Under the pieces are notes generated by a model. It was not told where the DNA came from. It worked only from the letters and a program-made list of their open reading frames with translations, and did not search any database. A stretch of 64,000 nucleotides of DNA from Trueperaceae bacterium (GTDB lineage Bacteria; Deinococcota; Deinococci; Deinococcales; Trueperaceae): contig OZ243956.1 of assembly GCA_965214405.1 (NCBI GenBank), positions 160,001-224,000 on the forward strand. Reading direction: 5' to 3'. Positions 38,346 through 47,069 of this stretch are shown piece by piece (position 1 is the stretch's first letter; every line of letters begins with the position of its first letter). A program made the position numbers and the translations under genes.

Positions 38346-39263
38346 TCAACTATCCTGCCCGCCAAAAAAGCGGAGCTGCACGAGCGAGAGAACGAACACG
38401 ACCACCGTAATAAAATAGGCAATGGCCGAGCCGTAGCCAAACTTGAAGTATTGAAACGCGGTTTGGTAGAGGTAGAGCCCCAGCGTGGGCGCGCTGTCGG
38501 GGGCCAAAATGTAGGGTTCGGTAAAGAGTTGCAGCGCGCCGATGGTCGAGGTGATGGACACAAACAGCAGAACGGAGCGGAGCATCGGGAGAGTGATAAA
38601 GAGCAGCTTTTGCGCGCCGTTGGCCCCGTCGAGCGTCGCCGCCTCGTAGAGGTCGCTCGGAATCCCTTTAAGACCTGCGAGCACGATGAGCGTGTTGTAA
38701 CCCGTCCAGCGCCAGTTGATGATTCCGGCTATTGACAAACGCGCCCAGCCCGTCTCGTCGAGCCAGGGAACGGCGGGCAGCCTGAGGCTAGCCAGCGCCT
38801 CGTTCACCACGCCATAATTCGTGCTGAGCAGCATGTTGAACACGATAGCGATGACGACGGTCGCGGTCACCGAGGGTAAAAACACCGACACTTGCCAGAA
38901 GCCCTTGAACTTAACCCAGCGGGCGTCGATAAGGACCGCCAAGAGCAGCGAAAGAAACGTGACGGGCACCACGTGGCCGAGGCCGATGAGCAGGGTGTTA
39001 ACGAGCACGCGCAGAAACTGCGGGTCGGTGAAGAGGAGTTGGTAGTTCTCGAGGCCGATAAAGGTGCGCACGCCCATGCCCGGCCAGTCGAAAAAACTGA
39101 TATAAAAGGCGAACAGGATGGGGAACAACAAGAACACGGCGAAGGTGACGAAAAAGGGTGCTAACAGCGCGTAAGCCGCCGCGTACTTGCGGAAACTCCT
39201 TAGAACGCCGGGCCGCTTGGGCGACGCGGGTCCGCGTCGCCCAAGCTGGCTCTCACCCATCAC
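38346..39263 (-). CDS. Carbohydrate ABC permease (MalF-like)
   Basis: GLENY, LYEAATLDGA, ITLPML, FGYGSA. Confidence 0.92.
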   Translation of the reverse strand: MMGESQLGRRGPASPKRPGVLRSFRKYAAAYALLAPFFVTFAVFLLFPILFAFYISFFDWPGMGVRTFIGLENYQLLFTDPQFLRVLVNTLLIGLGHVVPVTFLSLLLAVLIDARWVKFKGFWQVSVFLPSVTATVVIAIVFNMLLSTNYGVVNEALASLRLPAVPWLDETGWARLSIAGIINWRWTGYNTLIVLAGLKGIPSDLYEAATLDGANGAQKLLFITLPMLRSVLLFVSITSTIGALQLFTEPYILAPDSAPTLGLYLYQTAFQYFKFGYGSAIAYFITVVVFVLSLVQLRFFGGQDS

Positions 39264-39294
39264 GCTTTTTTACCCCCGTGGGAACGCGTCATGG

Positions 39295-40626
39295 TCAGTT
39301 CAACCGCAGCTTGTTCGTGATTTCTCTGGCGGCGGCCTCCAGCGCCTCGTCACAGGTTGCCTGACCTTCAAAGGCGGGGGCTAGGTTTCGCTCTAAGATG
39401 GTTTGCGCCTCCGCGTAGTCGGGGTGAACTCTGATGGACACGTCGAATTTGGCGTTGGAGTCGGCGAAGACCTCTCGGACAGGCTGGTCGCCAAAGTACG
39501 CGTCGGGTTCGCTGAAAACGGGCGCGTCCAGCACGTCCGGCGTGATCATGCTCGGGAATAAATCGCCTTGCGTGTACTGGATGAGCTGCCCCTCGGGGGT
39601 GAGTTCGGCGTACTCGACAAAGGCCCAGGCGAGGTCTTTATTTTGCGAGCCGCTGGGGATGACGAGCGCGGAGCCGAAGTCGTAGCCCTGAACCGCGTAG
39701 GAACCCCCCTCGGTGATCGAGGGCCAGCGCGTGACCGCAAAACGGCCCGCCTGGTCCGGGGCGCCGCTCCGCAAGATGCCGCCCATCCACACGGCTTGAG
39801 GGACGGACGCCCAGGTGCCGTTGTTAAAGCCGTCGATCCAGGCTTGCTCAAATATGGGCGCGTTCCCAGCGATGCCCGCCTCAAAAATTCGCTTGGTGAC
39901 GTCGCAGGCCGTTTTGAACGCGTCGCTGCCCAAGTTGAGGCTTAAATCGTCCTTAAAAATACCCGCGCCCTGCTCGAGCGCGATCATCTCCCACAGAAAC
40001 CGCGCCTGTTCAGGCCTGGCGGGGAGCATGAAGACGTCTCCGCCACTCGCCTCCAAGATTTTTTGGCCCGCCTCGATGTAGCCGTCCCAGGTGGTGATGT
40101 CGTCTGGGCTGACGCCGTACTCGTCAAAAATGTCGCGGTTATAAAACACGGCGGTCGGACCCGCGTCCCAGGGGACGCCCCAGACCTCTCCCTCTGGTCC
40201 CGTGACGAACGAACGCTTGAACGGCATGATGCTGTCGGCAAAGGGGGCGAAACGTTCGCTCAGGTCGGTGAGCCCGCCCGTGGAGCCGAACTTGATGACT
40301 CGAGCGTCCGCCAAACCCGACACGTCGGGCGCGCCCACGCCCGAAGAGAGCGCGGTGAGCAGCTTGGTGTGAACGTCTTCAAAACCGAGGGTCGTGATGT
40401 TGACTGCTATGTCGGGGTATTTTTCGTTAAAGCTCGGGAGAAGCGCCTTGAGCGGTCCGTCCGCGCCCGGCCAGGCCCACACCTCAATGGAGCCCGAAAG
40501 CGAGTCCTGCGCCGCCGCTTGACCCAAGAAGAGAACGGTCAAACCGATGAGGACAAGACTAACCGTCTTGTTTAAGCGCCTTTTTGCCCTGACTCTCTTT
40601 TGCGTTTTGGTAACTTGTGTTTCCAC
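39295..40626 (-). CDS. Oligosaccharide ABC substrate-binding protein
   Basis: Signal peptide, APDV, VFYNRDIF, TWD, AWAFV. Confidence 0.9.
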   Translation of the reverse strand: METQVTKTQKRVRAKRRLNKTVSLVLIGLTVLFLGQAAAQDSLSGSIEVWAWPGADGPLKALLPSFNEKYPDIAVNITTLGFEDVHTKLLTALSSGVGAPDVSGLADARVIKFGSTGGLTDLSERFAPFADSIMPFKRSFVTGPEGEVWGVPWDAGPTAVFYNRDIFDEYGVSPDDITTWDGYIEAGQKILEASGGDVFMLPARPEQARFLWEMIALEQGAGIFKDDLSLNLGSDAFKTACDVTKRIFEAGIAGNAPIFEQAWIDGFNNGTWASVPQAVWMGGILRSGAPDQAGRFAVTRWPSITEGGSYAVQGYDFGSALVIPSGSQNKDLAWAFVEYAELTPEGQLIQYTQGDLFPSMITPDVLDAPVFSEPDAYFGDQPVREVFADSNAKFDVSIRVHPDYAEAQTILERNLAPAFEGQATCDEALEAAAREITNKLRLN

Positions 40627-40685
40627 CCGTAAACCTCCCTGAATAAACTCTCACGTAAAGACGTACCAATCCGGATTCGCTCGGT

Positions 40686-41522
40686 TCAAGCCTCCTCTCG
40701 CAGCTCACGCGGCAAGGCGTTCTGCCAGGCGGTCGAGGTGAGTTCGAAGCGGTTGCCGGGGTAAACACATTCGCAGTATTCGATAACCTCCCCGGTGTCG
40801 AGAAACGTCGTTTGGTACGTGCGAAGCACCGCGGCCGGGTTTTCAAGCTCGAGCAACCCCGCCTCTTCGGTGCCCGCCAGACCGGCCTTAATGATCGTGT
40901 GGCCCTGGGTCAGGTTCAAGCCGTACGCCTGGCGCAACGTTTTGAACAGCGAGGCGGCGGAAAAGTCGCGGCGTAACAAGCCGGGGCAAAGGTGCTCGGG
41001 CAAATAGGCGGTCTGGACGGAAATGGGCTGACCCGACCAAAACCGGAGGCGCTTGAGTTTGGCAACGGGTGAAAATACGCGCAAGCCGAGGTGTTTGGCT
41101 AGTTTTTCTGAGGCCTCCAAGTGCTCGGCTGCCAGCACGAGAGAAGCGACGTCCATGAGGCCACGTCCGGCTTCGGCTTTGGTGTCCTGAACACCTGTAT
41201 GAAACTCGACGTCCAGCGCCCGCCGCTGCAAATCTTCGCTAAAGCCCGTGAAGGGCTCGAGCTTCTGCTCAAAAGGCCGCGCGACAAACGTCCCCTTACC
41301 CGACACCGCGTAGAGCTTGCCCTCGTGAACGAGGTCCGACAGCGTGCGCCGCGTGGTCGTGCGGCTCACGTTGTAGAGTTCGCAGAGTTCGCGCTCGGAA
41401 GGGATGCGGCTGTCAGCCGACCACGCGCCCGAACGAATATTTTCGGTGATGGCCTGTTTGAGCTGCAAATAAAGGGGTTCAGCCGCAGCCGAAGAAATTT
41501 TCTCTACCACGCGTCGCTCCAC
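40686..41522 (-). CDS. GntR/HutC-subfamily regulator (DasR/NagR-like, UTRA domain)
   Basis: PLYLQLK, IPSEREL, VSRTTTRR, GKGTFV; C-terminal UTRA-like domain. Confidence 0.92.
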   Translation of the reverse strand: MERRVVEKISSAAAEPLYLQLKQAITENIRSGAWSADSRIPSERELCELYNVSRTTTRRTLSDLVHEGKLYAVSGKGTFVARPFEQKLEPFTGFSEDLQRRALDVEFHTGVQDTKAEAGRGLMDVASLVLAAEHLEASEKLAKHLGLRVFSPVAKLKRLRFWSGQPISVQTAYLPEHLCPGLLRRDFSAASLFKTLRQAYGLNLTQGHTIIKAGLAGTEEAGLLELENPAAVLRTYQTTFLDTGEVIEYCECVYPGNRFELTSTAWQNALPRELREEA

Positions 41523-41546
41523 TCGAGGCTCGAACTAGAGGTTGTA

Positions 41547-41562
41547 ACTGGTCATGACCAGT
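41547..41562. promoter_or_regulatory. dre-like GntR operator ACTGGTCATGACCAGT
   Basis: Perfect 16-bp palindrome between promoter and gntR start; resembles DasR/NagR sites. Confidence 0.8.
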
Positions 41563-41578
41563 CGTGGGTGAATGCAGC

Positions 41579-41607
41579 ATCCTACCCGCACAACCCTGGC
41601 TTGTCAA
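41579..41607 (-). promoter_or_regulatory. Sigma70-type promoter of the amino-sugar operon
   Basis: TTGACA (41607-41602), 17 nt, TAGGAT (41584-41579). Confidence 0.8.
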
Positions 41608-41774
41608 GCATTCTAGCGCTTGTGAATGGGCTTAGCCCACGGGAGATTTGGTAGAGAGTTACATTTTATACGTGCTGGACGGGTTTAATGATGACACTGC
41701 TCGAGGGTAAGCTGGTGTCAGTGATTCGGCTTGGTTACTGCTCCCGCCGTTGTAAAGAAAGGTAGAACAGCAAC

Positions 41775-41804
41775 AAAAAAAGCGGCGCTAACAGCTAGCA
41801 CCGC
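41775..41804 (-). terminator. Intrinsic terminator of the cold-shock gene
   Basis: GCGGTGCTAG-CTG-TTAGCGCCGC followed by T7 on the minus strand. Confidence 0.8.
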
Positions 41805-41839
41805 CCTCGAGCGTTCTCTCGAGATTTAGATTTTTGTGT

Positions 41840-42091
41840 TTAGTAGCGCTGACGCTGCCCGCCGCTACGCTGCGGCGCGGGCGCGGCGCGAGTGACGCGC
41901 ACGTTTTTGGCCTGCAACCCTTTTTGGCCCTGCTCGACGTCGAAGTCGACCTCGTCGCCCTCATTGAGGCTGCGGTAGCCGTCCGACGCGATGGCCGAAA
42001 AGTGACAGAACACGTCCGCCCCTCCGTCGTCCTGAGCGATAAAACCAAAGCCTTTTTCGTTGTTAAACCACTTGACGGTGCCTGTTGCCAT
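41840..42091 (-). CDS. Cold-shock protein (CSD)
   Basis: [15 protein letters not shown] (RNP1), DVFCHFSAI (RNP2). Confidence 0.96.
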   Translation of the reverse strand: MATGTVKWFNNEKGFGFIAQDDGGADVFCHFSAIASDGYRSLNEGDEVDFDVEQGQKGLQAKNVRVTRAAPAPQRSGGQRQRY

Positions 42092-42477
42092 TTCTATACC
42101 ATCTTTCTTCCCGTACGGGCGCGCGACCCGCACTCATAGCATTACCGGACCCTAGGGTTTATTAGGGTGTTTGAAAGCCCGGACCGCGACTACCCTTATT
42201 GGCTCCCGCGACGCTTTTATGGTAGCTTATCGCCTCCCAGAAAACAAGCATTTTCGCCCTCCCGCTTCCCCTGTCTCACGGCGTTCTCATAGGGTTTCAG
42301 AACATTACGAGAGGCTCGAGAATACGGAATACAGAAGCCTTTTTATTCTCCCTTCCAAACGCTTTTCTCCTGGTTGGCTTATGTAAAAGTTGTAGGTTTA
42401 GCGCAGCTCTCGGGACTATTTCGTGAACCCCGGCAAAAACTTGTACCCAAAGAGGCCGCGACGCGGTATTCTCCGGC

Positions 42478-42798
42478 ATGGAATATGTCAACCTCCCCAC
42501 GCAGCGACGTTTTGACGAGGGCAAGATGCAGAAAGTGCCCGTGTTCGAGTCCGAGCGGATGTTTTTCGACCAGTATTGCCTGCTGCCGGGGCAGGCGCAA
42601 AAGGTGCATAGCCACGAAGGCGAGGACAAGGTTTACGTGGTTCTGGAGGGCCAAGCGCTTTTTACCATCGGCGACGAGCAGGAAATGCTCGCGGAGGGCA
42701 CCGCCGTCATCGCGCGCGCGGGCACGCCCCACGGCGTCCGTAACGAGGCAGATAGCCCGCTGGTGTTGCTCGTTGCGATGGCACCCAAACCGGCGTAA
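42478..42798 (+). CDS. Cupin-domain protein
   Basis: HSHEGEDKVYVVLEG, PHGVRN. Confidence 0.88.
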   Translation: MEYVNLPTQRRFDEGKMQKVPVFESERMFFDQYCLLPGQAQKVHSHEGEDKVYVVLEGQALFTIGDEQEMLAEGTAVIARAGTPHGVRNEADSPLVLLVAMAPKPA

Positions 42799-42804
42799 AG
42801 CTAC

Positions 42805-43236
42805 GTGAACGTGCCTCACACTCCGTCCCAGACCCTTCAGGGCCGCGCCATCGACCATCTGGGTATCGCGGTTGAAGACTTAGAAGAGGCCAGTCTTCCC
42901 TACCGGCTTCTCGGCTTGTCCGTAGAGGGTGAAGATGAACTTATCGCCTCTCAAAACGTGCGCGTCCGGATGTTTCGGGCGGGGGAGGTGTTGGTGGAGC
43001 TGCTCGAGCCCACCCACCCAAACAGCCCCTTCGCCCGCTCTTTGAAAAAACGCGGACCCGGCCTTCACCACGTCGCGTTTCGCAGCGCGAATCTGGAGGG
43101 GGATGTTGCCGCGCTTGTAAAAGAGGGCGCGGTGTTTATCGACCCCAAACCACGACCCGGACGCGCGGGGAGCCGGGTCGTTTTTTTGCACCCCAAGTGG
43201 TCGCACGGGGTCCTCATCGAGTTGGTATCGCATTAG
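42805..43236 (+). CDS. mce: Methylmalonyl-CoA epimerase (VOC fold)
   Basis: IDHLGIAV, VELLEP, GPGLHHVAF, FLHPK..GVLIEL. Confidence 0.85.
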   Translation: MNVPHTPSQTLQGRAIDHLGIAVEDLEEASLPYRLLGLSVEGEDELIASQNVRVRMFRAGEVLVELLEPTHPNSPFARSLKKRGPGLHHVAFRSANLEGDVAALVKEGAVFIDPKPRPGRAGSRVVFLHPKWSHGVLIELVSH

Positions 43237-43273
43237 GCGGGGGTACCGGGTCGCGTGGTGGCTCGCGGCGTTT

Positions 43274-43609
43274 TTGTGGATGGGGCTCATTTTTTGGCTC
43301 TCGAGCTCGCCCAACGCCCAGGGCATCACCTTTTTGCGGCCTCCTCTGGACAAGCTCGCGCACGCAGGCTCTTTCGGCTTGCTCGCGCTCTTCTTTCGCT
43401 TCGCCACGGGCCGCGCGCTCCTGAGCGTGCTGCTGGCGTCGTTGTACGGCCTGAGTGACGAACTCCACCAGGCGGGGGTGCCGGGGCGCGACGCGGACGG
43501 GCTCGACTGGGTGGCGGACACGCTGGGGGCGTGCTTTGCGGTAGGCGCTGTATGGTTTTTGACACGGTTGACTCGGCGGCGGCGGAAACGCGCCGAGCCG
43601 TTACAATAG
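43274..43609 (+). CDS. VanZ-family membrane protein (start uncertain)
   Basis: IFWLSS, DKLAH, DELHQ..VPGR, DWVADTLG. Confidence 0.85.
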   Translation: MWMGLIFWLSSSPNAQGITFLRPPLDKLAHAGSFGLLALFFRFATGRALLSVLLASLYGLSDELHQAGVPGRDADGLDWVADTLGACFAVGAVWFLTRLTRRRRKRAEPLQ

Positions 43610-43663
43610 CTCCATGAGAGATTTTTACCTCAGTACACCCTCACCCTTCACGCGAGGAGCGCC

Positions 43664-44449
43664 GTGAAGCTGGCGATTGTCGGCGCGGGCAAGATGGGCG
43701 GCGCGGTCCTCACGGGGGCGCTGCGCGCGCACGTCCTGGACGCGGGCGACGTCGGCATTTACCACCCCGACGAAGCGCGCCGCGGCGCGCTGGCCGAGCA
43801 CTACGGCGTGACGGCCCTTACCGACGACGAGATTCACCGGGCCGAGCGTGTGTTAATTGCGGTCAAGCCGCAGCGCTTTGACGAGGTGGCTCCCTTAATC
43901 GCCCGGCGCAACGCCTCGTACATTTCGCTCATGGCGGGCGTGTCCGCGGCGACCATCGCGCGCCGCGTCGGCTCGAGCCGCGTGGTCCGGGCCATGCCCA
44001 ACCTGGGCGCGAGCGTGGGCAAAAGCGCCACCGCGCTCGCCAACCTGCCGCAGGCCACGGCGGAAGACGTCGAGCTGACCGAAACCCTCTTTCGCGCGGT
44101 TGGGACGGTTTACAAGATTTCCGAGGAGCTTTTTGACGCGTTTACGGGCCTGGCGGGCTCGGGTCCCGCCTTTGCCGCGGTGTTCTGTGAGGCGTTGGCC
44201 GACGGCGGCGTGCGGGTGGGTTTCGGGCGTGAGACGGCGCGCGACTTGGCACGGCAGGTACTCTTGGCGGCGGCGACGCTCTTAGAGCATAAAACCCCCG
44301 CCAGCCTCAAAGACGAAGTCTCGAGCGCCGGGGGCACCGCCATCACGGGCGTGATGGCTCTAGAGCGCCACGGCCTCCGCTTCGCCGCCATGAAAGCCGT
44401 CGAGGACGCGACCGCGCGCGCCGCCGCGCTCTCCAGGGAGGACGACTAA
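43664..44449 (+). CDS. proC: Pyrroline-5-carboxylate reductase
   Basis: IVGAGKMG, AVKPQ, RAMPN, GSGPA, VSSAGGT. Confidence 0.95.
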   Translation: MKLAIVGAGKMGGAVLTGALRAHVLDAGDVGIYHPDEARRGALAEHYGVTALTDDEIHRAERVLIAVKPQRFDEVAPLIARRNASYISLMAGVSAATIARRVGSSRVVRAMPNLGASVGKSATALANLPQATAEDVELTETLFRAVGTVYKISEELFDAFTGLAGSGPAFAAVFCEALADGGVRVGFGRETARDLARQVLLAAATLLEHKTPASLKDEVSSAGGTAITGVMALERHGLRFAAMKAVEDATARAAALSREDD

Positions 44450-45030
44450 TGCGCCCTCTCCTCGCTCTGTTATTCGCGCTCGTTACTTTTACCGTCACCC
44501 TTACAGCTACTTCTACGGCTACCGCCCAGGAGAGCTACTTTCCCAACCGCGACGGGCTGAGCTGGACCTACACCAACGGCGAAACCCAAACGCTCACGGG
44601 GCCGCGCCTCGTCAACGGCCAGAGCGTGATGGTGCTGGCGCACGCGCTTGACGGCGTGCCCGTATCCGAGGACTACCTCCTCTACAGCGAAACCGGCGTG
44701 CTCTCCCTCGGCACCGCCGCGGGCGGACAGACGCTCGTCTATACGCCGCCGCTGGTGATTTATCAGGGGGAGAGGCTCGAGGTCGGCGACGCCTGGGCGA
44801 GCACCAGTCAAGTTGGGGATTTAGAAATCACCTTTCAGGCCGAGGTGGTGGGCGTCCGCGGCGTGAGCAGTCCGGCGGGCCGCTTTAACACCCTCCAGAT
44901 TCGCCAGACAACCGTAACCAGCACGGGCGCTCAGACCACTTTAGACCTCTTTTTCGTGCCCACCGTCGGCGTGGTTCGCACCGTGACGCAAGACGGGACG
45001 GTGGTGGATTTGCTCGAGAAGAACTTCTAG
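44449..45030 (+). CDS. Secreted beta-rich hypothetical protein
   Basis: Signal peptide; YFP...G.SWTY, PAGRF, FVPTVGVV. Confidence 0.75.
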   Translation: MRPLLALLFALVTFTVTLTATSTATAQESYFPNRDGLSWTYTNGETQTLTGPRLVNGQSVMVLAHALDGVPVSEDYLLYSETGVLSLGTAAGGQTLVYTPPLVIYQGERLEVGDAWASTSQVGDLEITFQAEVVGVRGVSSPAGRFNTLQIRQTTVTSTGAQTTLDLFFVPTVGVVRTVTQDGTVVDLLEKNF

Positions 45031-45102
45031 CCCCTTATTTGAGTTGGGGAGCACGGGAGATGGGAAGAATTTCCTTACCTCCTCCACTCCCTAAAACGTT
45101 CC

Positions 45103-45321
45103 TTAGAAAATGCCAAAGCCGATCGTCAGCCGGAACGCGGCGAGCAAAACGACGACCAGATTGATGTTGCGCCCGCTCGTCCGGTCGCTCAGAAAGCCAA
45201 TCACCAGCCCCACCACCGCGAGCGGGATGACGAGCCAGTTGAACCAGCCCAGCAGGGGGATAAAGCCGACGAGCGCCCCGATAAGCGCAATGATGCCGAT
45301 GATGACGGAAAGAGTGTTCAT
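45103..45321 (-). CDS. Small hydrophobic membrane protein
   Basis: AAGGAGG SD; 72 aa, mostly hydrophobic (FIPLLGWFNW). Confidence 0.8.
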   Translation of the reverse strand: MNTLSVIIGIIALIGALVGFIPLLGWFNWLVIPLAVVGLVIGFLSDRTSGRNINLVVVLLAAFRLTIGFGIF

Positions 45322-45360
45322 AGGCCCTCCTTACCAAACTATACGGTAAACACCAAACGT

Positions 45361-46632
45361 CTACACCCTACTTTTGGCGTAGACGGGCTCGAGCCATTCC
45401 CGTTTAAGCGCCTCAAAGGTGTCGTCTCTCAAGCTCTGCCGAATCTCCTCACAGAGCCGCGCCATAAAGCGCAGGTTGTGAACCGTGGCGAGCGAGCGGG
45501 CCAGAAGCTCCTCGGCCTTGAAGAGGTGGCGGAGGTAGGCCCTCGAGTAGTTTTGGCACGTGGTGCAGTCGCAGTCGGGGTCGATGGGGCGCGGATCGGC
45601 GGCAAAGGTTGCGTTGCGCAGGTTTAGACGGAACTTAGGTAAAGGTGCGCCGTCGTCGTCCAGCCGTTTGAGGACGCCGCCGTTGCGCGCGTTGCGCGTC
45701 GGGCTCACGCAGTCAAAGGTGTCGCAGCCGCGCGCAACCGCCTCGAATACGTCGGGGGGCTCGCCGATGCCCAGGAGGTGCCGCGGTTTGTCGCGCGGAA
45801 GCTCGGCAATCGTCCAGTCAATGACGCGGTGCATGTCCTCCTTCGTCTTGCCCAGGTTGCCACCAATGGCGAGAGCGTCGAAATCCATTCCCGCAATCAC
45901 CCCCGCGCTCTCGCGGCGGGGAGCTTCGAACGCGCCCCCCTGGACGATGCCGTAGAGCGCCTGCGCGTAGCCGTGTTGCGGGCCGTTCTCCTGGAAATAC
46001 GCCAAAGAACGCGCCGCCCAGCGGTGGGTGCGCGCGGCACTCTTGCGCGTGTACGCCTCGTCGTGTAAGGGCGAGGTGCATTCGTCAAACGCGAGAATCA
46101 TGTCCGCGCCCAGCGCGCGCTGGATGGCGATGGACTTTTCTGGGGTAAACACATGTTCTGAGCCGTCGATGTGGCTCTTGAAGCGCACCTCCTCTTCACC
46201 CACTTGCACCAGTGACGTACCCTTTCCCACTCGAGCCGACCGCCCCGCTTCATTCAGCACGCCCCCCGCCTCACCGGGGAAAATGTTGGCGATTTTGCCG
46301 ACGCCGTGCTCGAGGCTCGCCCCCAGCGAAAACACCTGAAAGCCCCCCGAGTCGGTCATGAGGGGGTGCGGCCAGTTCATAAAACGGTGGAGCCCGCCCA
46401 GCTTGGCGACCACCTCCGCGCCCGGCCTCAAGTAAAGATGATAGGTGTTGGCAAAAAGCACCTGCGTTCCCGCCTCCCTAACCATCTCGGGCGTGACACC
46501 CTTGACCGTCGCCTGCGTGCCCACCGCGACAAAGGCGGGCGTTTCCGTCACCCCGTGCGGCGTGGTGTAACGCGCTAAGCGCGCGGCCCCCTTTTCTAAA
46601 AGAATGTCAAATGCAAAACCGGGTTGTTTCAT
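45361..46632 (-). CDS. tgt: tRNA-guanine transglycosylase
   Basis: NTYHL, TDSGGFQVFS, FDEC, GIVQGG, HLLGIG, FDCV.PTR, CDCTTC...H zinc site. Confidence 0.96.
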   Translation of the reverse strand: MKQPGFAFDILLEKGAARLARYTTPHGVTETPAFVAVGTQATVKGVTPEMVREAGTQVLFANTYHLYLRPGAEVVAKLGGLHRFMNWPHPLMTDSGGFQVFSLGASLEHGVGKIANIFPGEAGGVLNEAGRSARVGKGTSLVQVGEEEVRFKSHIDGSEHVFTPEKSIAIQRALGADMILAFDECTSPLHDEAYTRKSAARTHRWAARSLAYFQENGPQHGYAQALYGIVQGGAFEAPRRESAGVIAGMDFDALAIGGNLGKTKEDMHRVIDWTIAELPRDKPRHLLGIGEPPDVFEAVARGCDTFDCVSPTRNARNGGVLKRLDDDGAPLPKFRLNLRNATFAADPRPIDPDCDCTTCQNYSRAYLRHLFKAEELLARSLATVHNLRFMARLCEEIRQSLRDDTFEALKREWLEPVYAKSRV

Positions 46633-47069
46633 GTTATAAATTCCACGCCAGCCAGTGTATAGCGTTTTTCGGCGGTGCAGCGTCCGCGCGCGCAGGCGTG
46701 CGTATCCTCTTCGGAACACAAGCTACCCAAGCCGCGTCCTCGTGGGTCCCAGTTGAGGCGCGTCAGCAGGGCTGATGGAGGAGCCGCGCGAGGAGTAGGC
46801 TATAGGACAGGGTAACTCCACCCCAAGGAGGAGACCTCGTCACCGTCGGTGTCAGGAAGTTGCGTGAGCTCGAGCCGCCATCTCGCGTTAGACAGCGCCG
46901 TGCTTTTTGTAGACACTAAGTGAGTCCAGCGCAGGTGTAGGGGGCAACATCCTGGGTTGAGCCAGCGTCGGCCCACAGCTCTGCTCGTTGGCGAGGATAT
47001 TGAGAGATTCTTATGACTCGAGGGTATAAAAGCATCATCCTCGTGACCCTAAGCAAAGGAGCCCACCTC

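Noticed and set aside
46735..46960. HDV or hammerhead ribozyme suggested by GGTCCCAG, TCCTCG, GGGCAAC and CTGATG
   Set aside because: Motif order and pairings do not fit either consensus.
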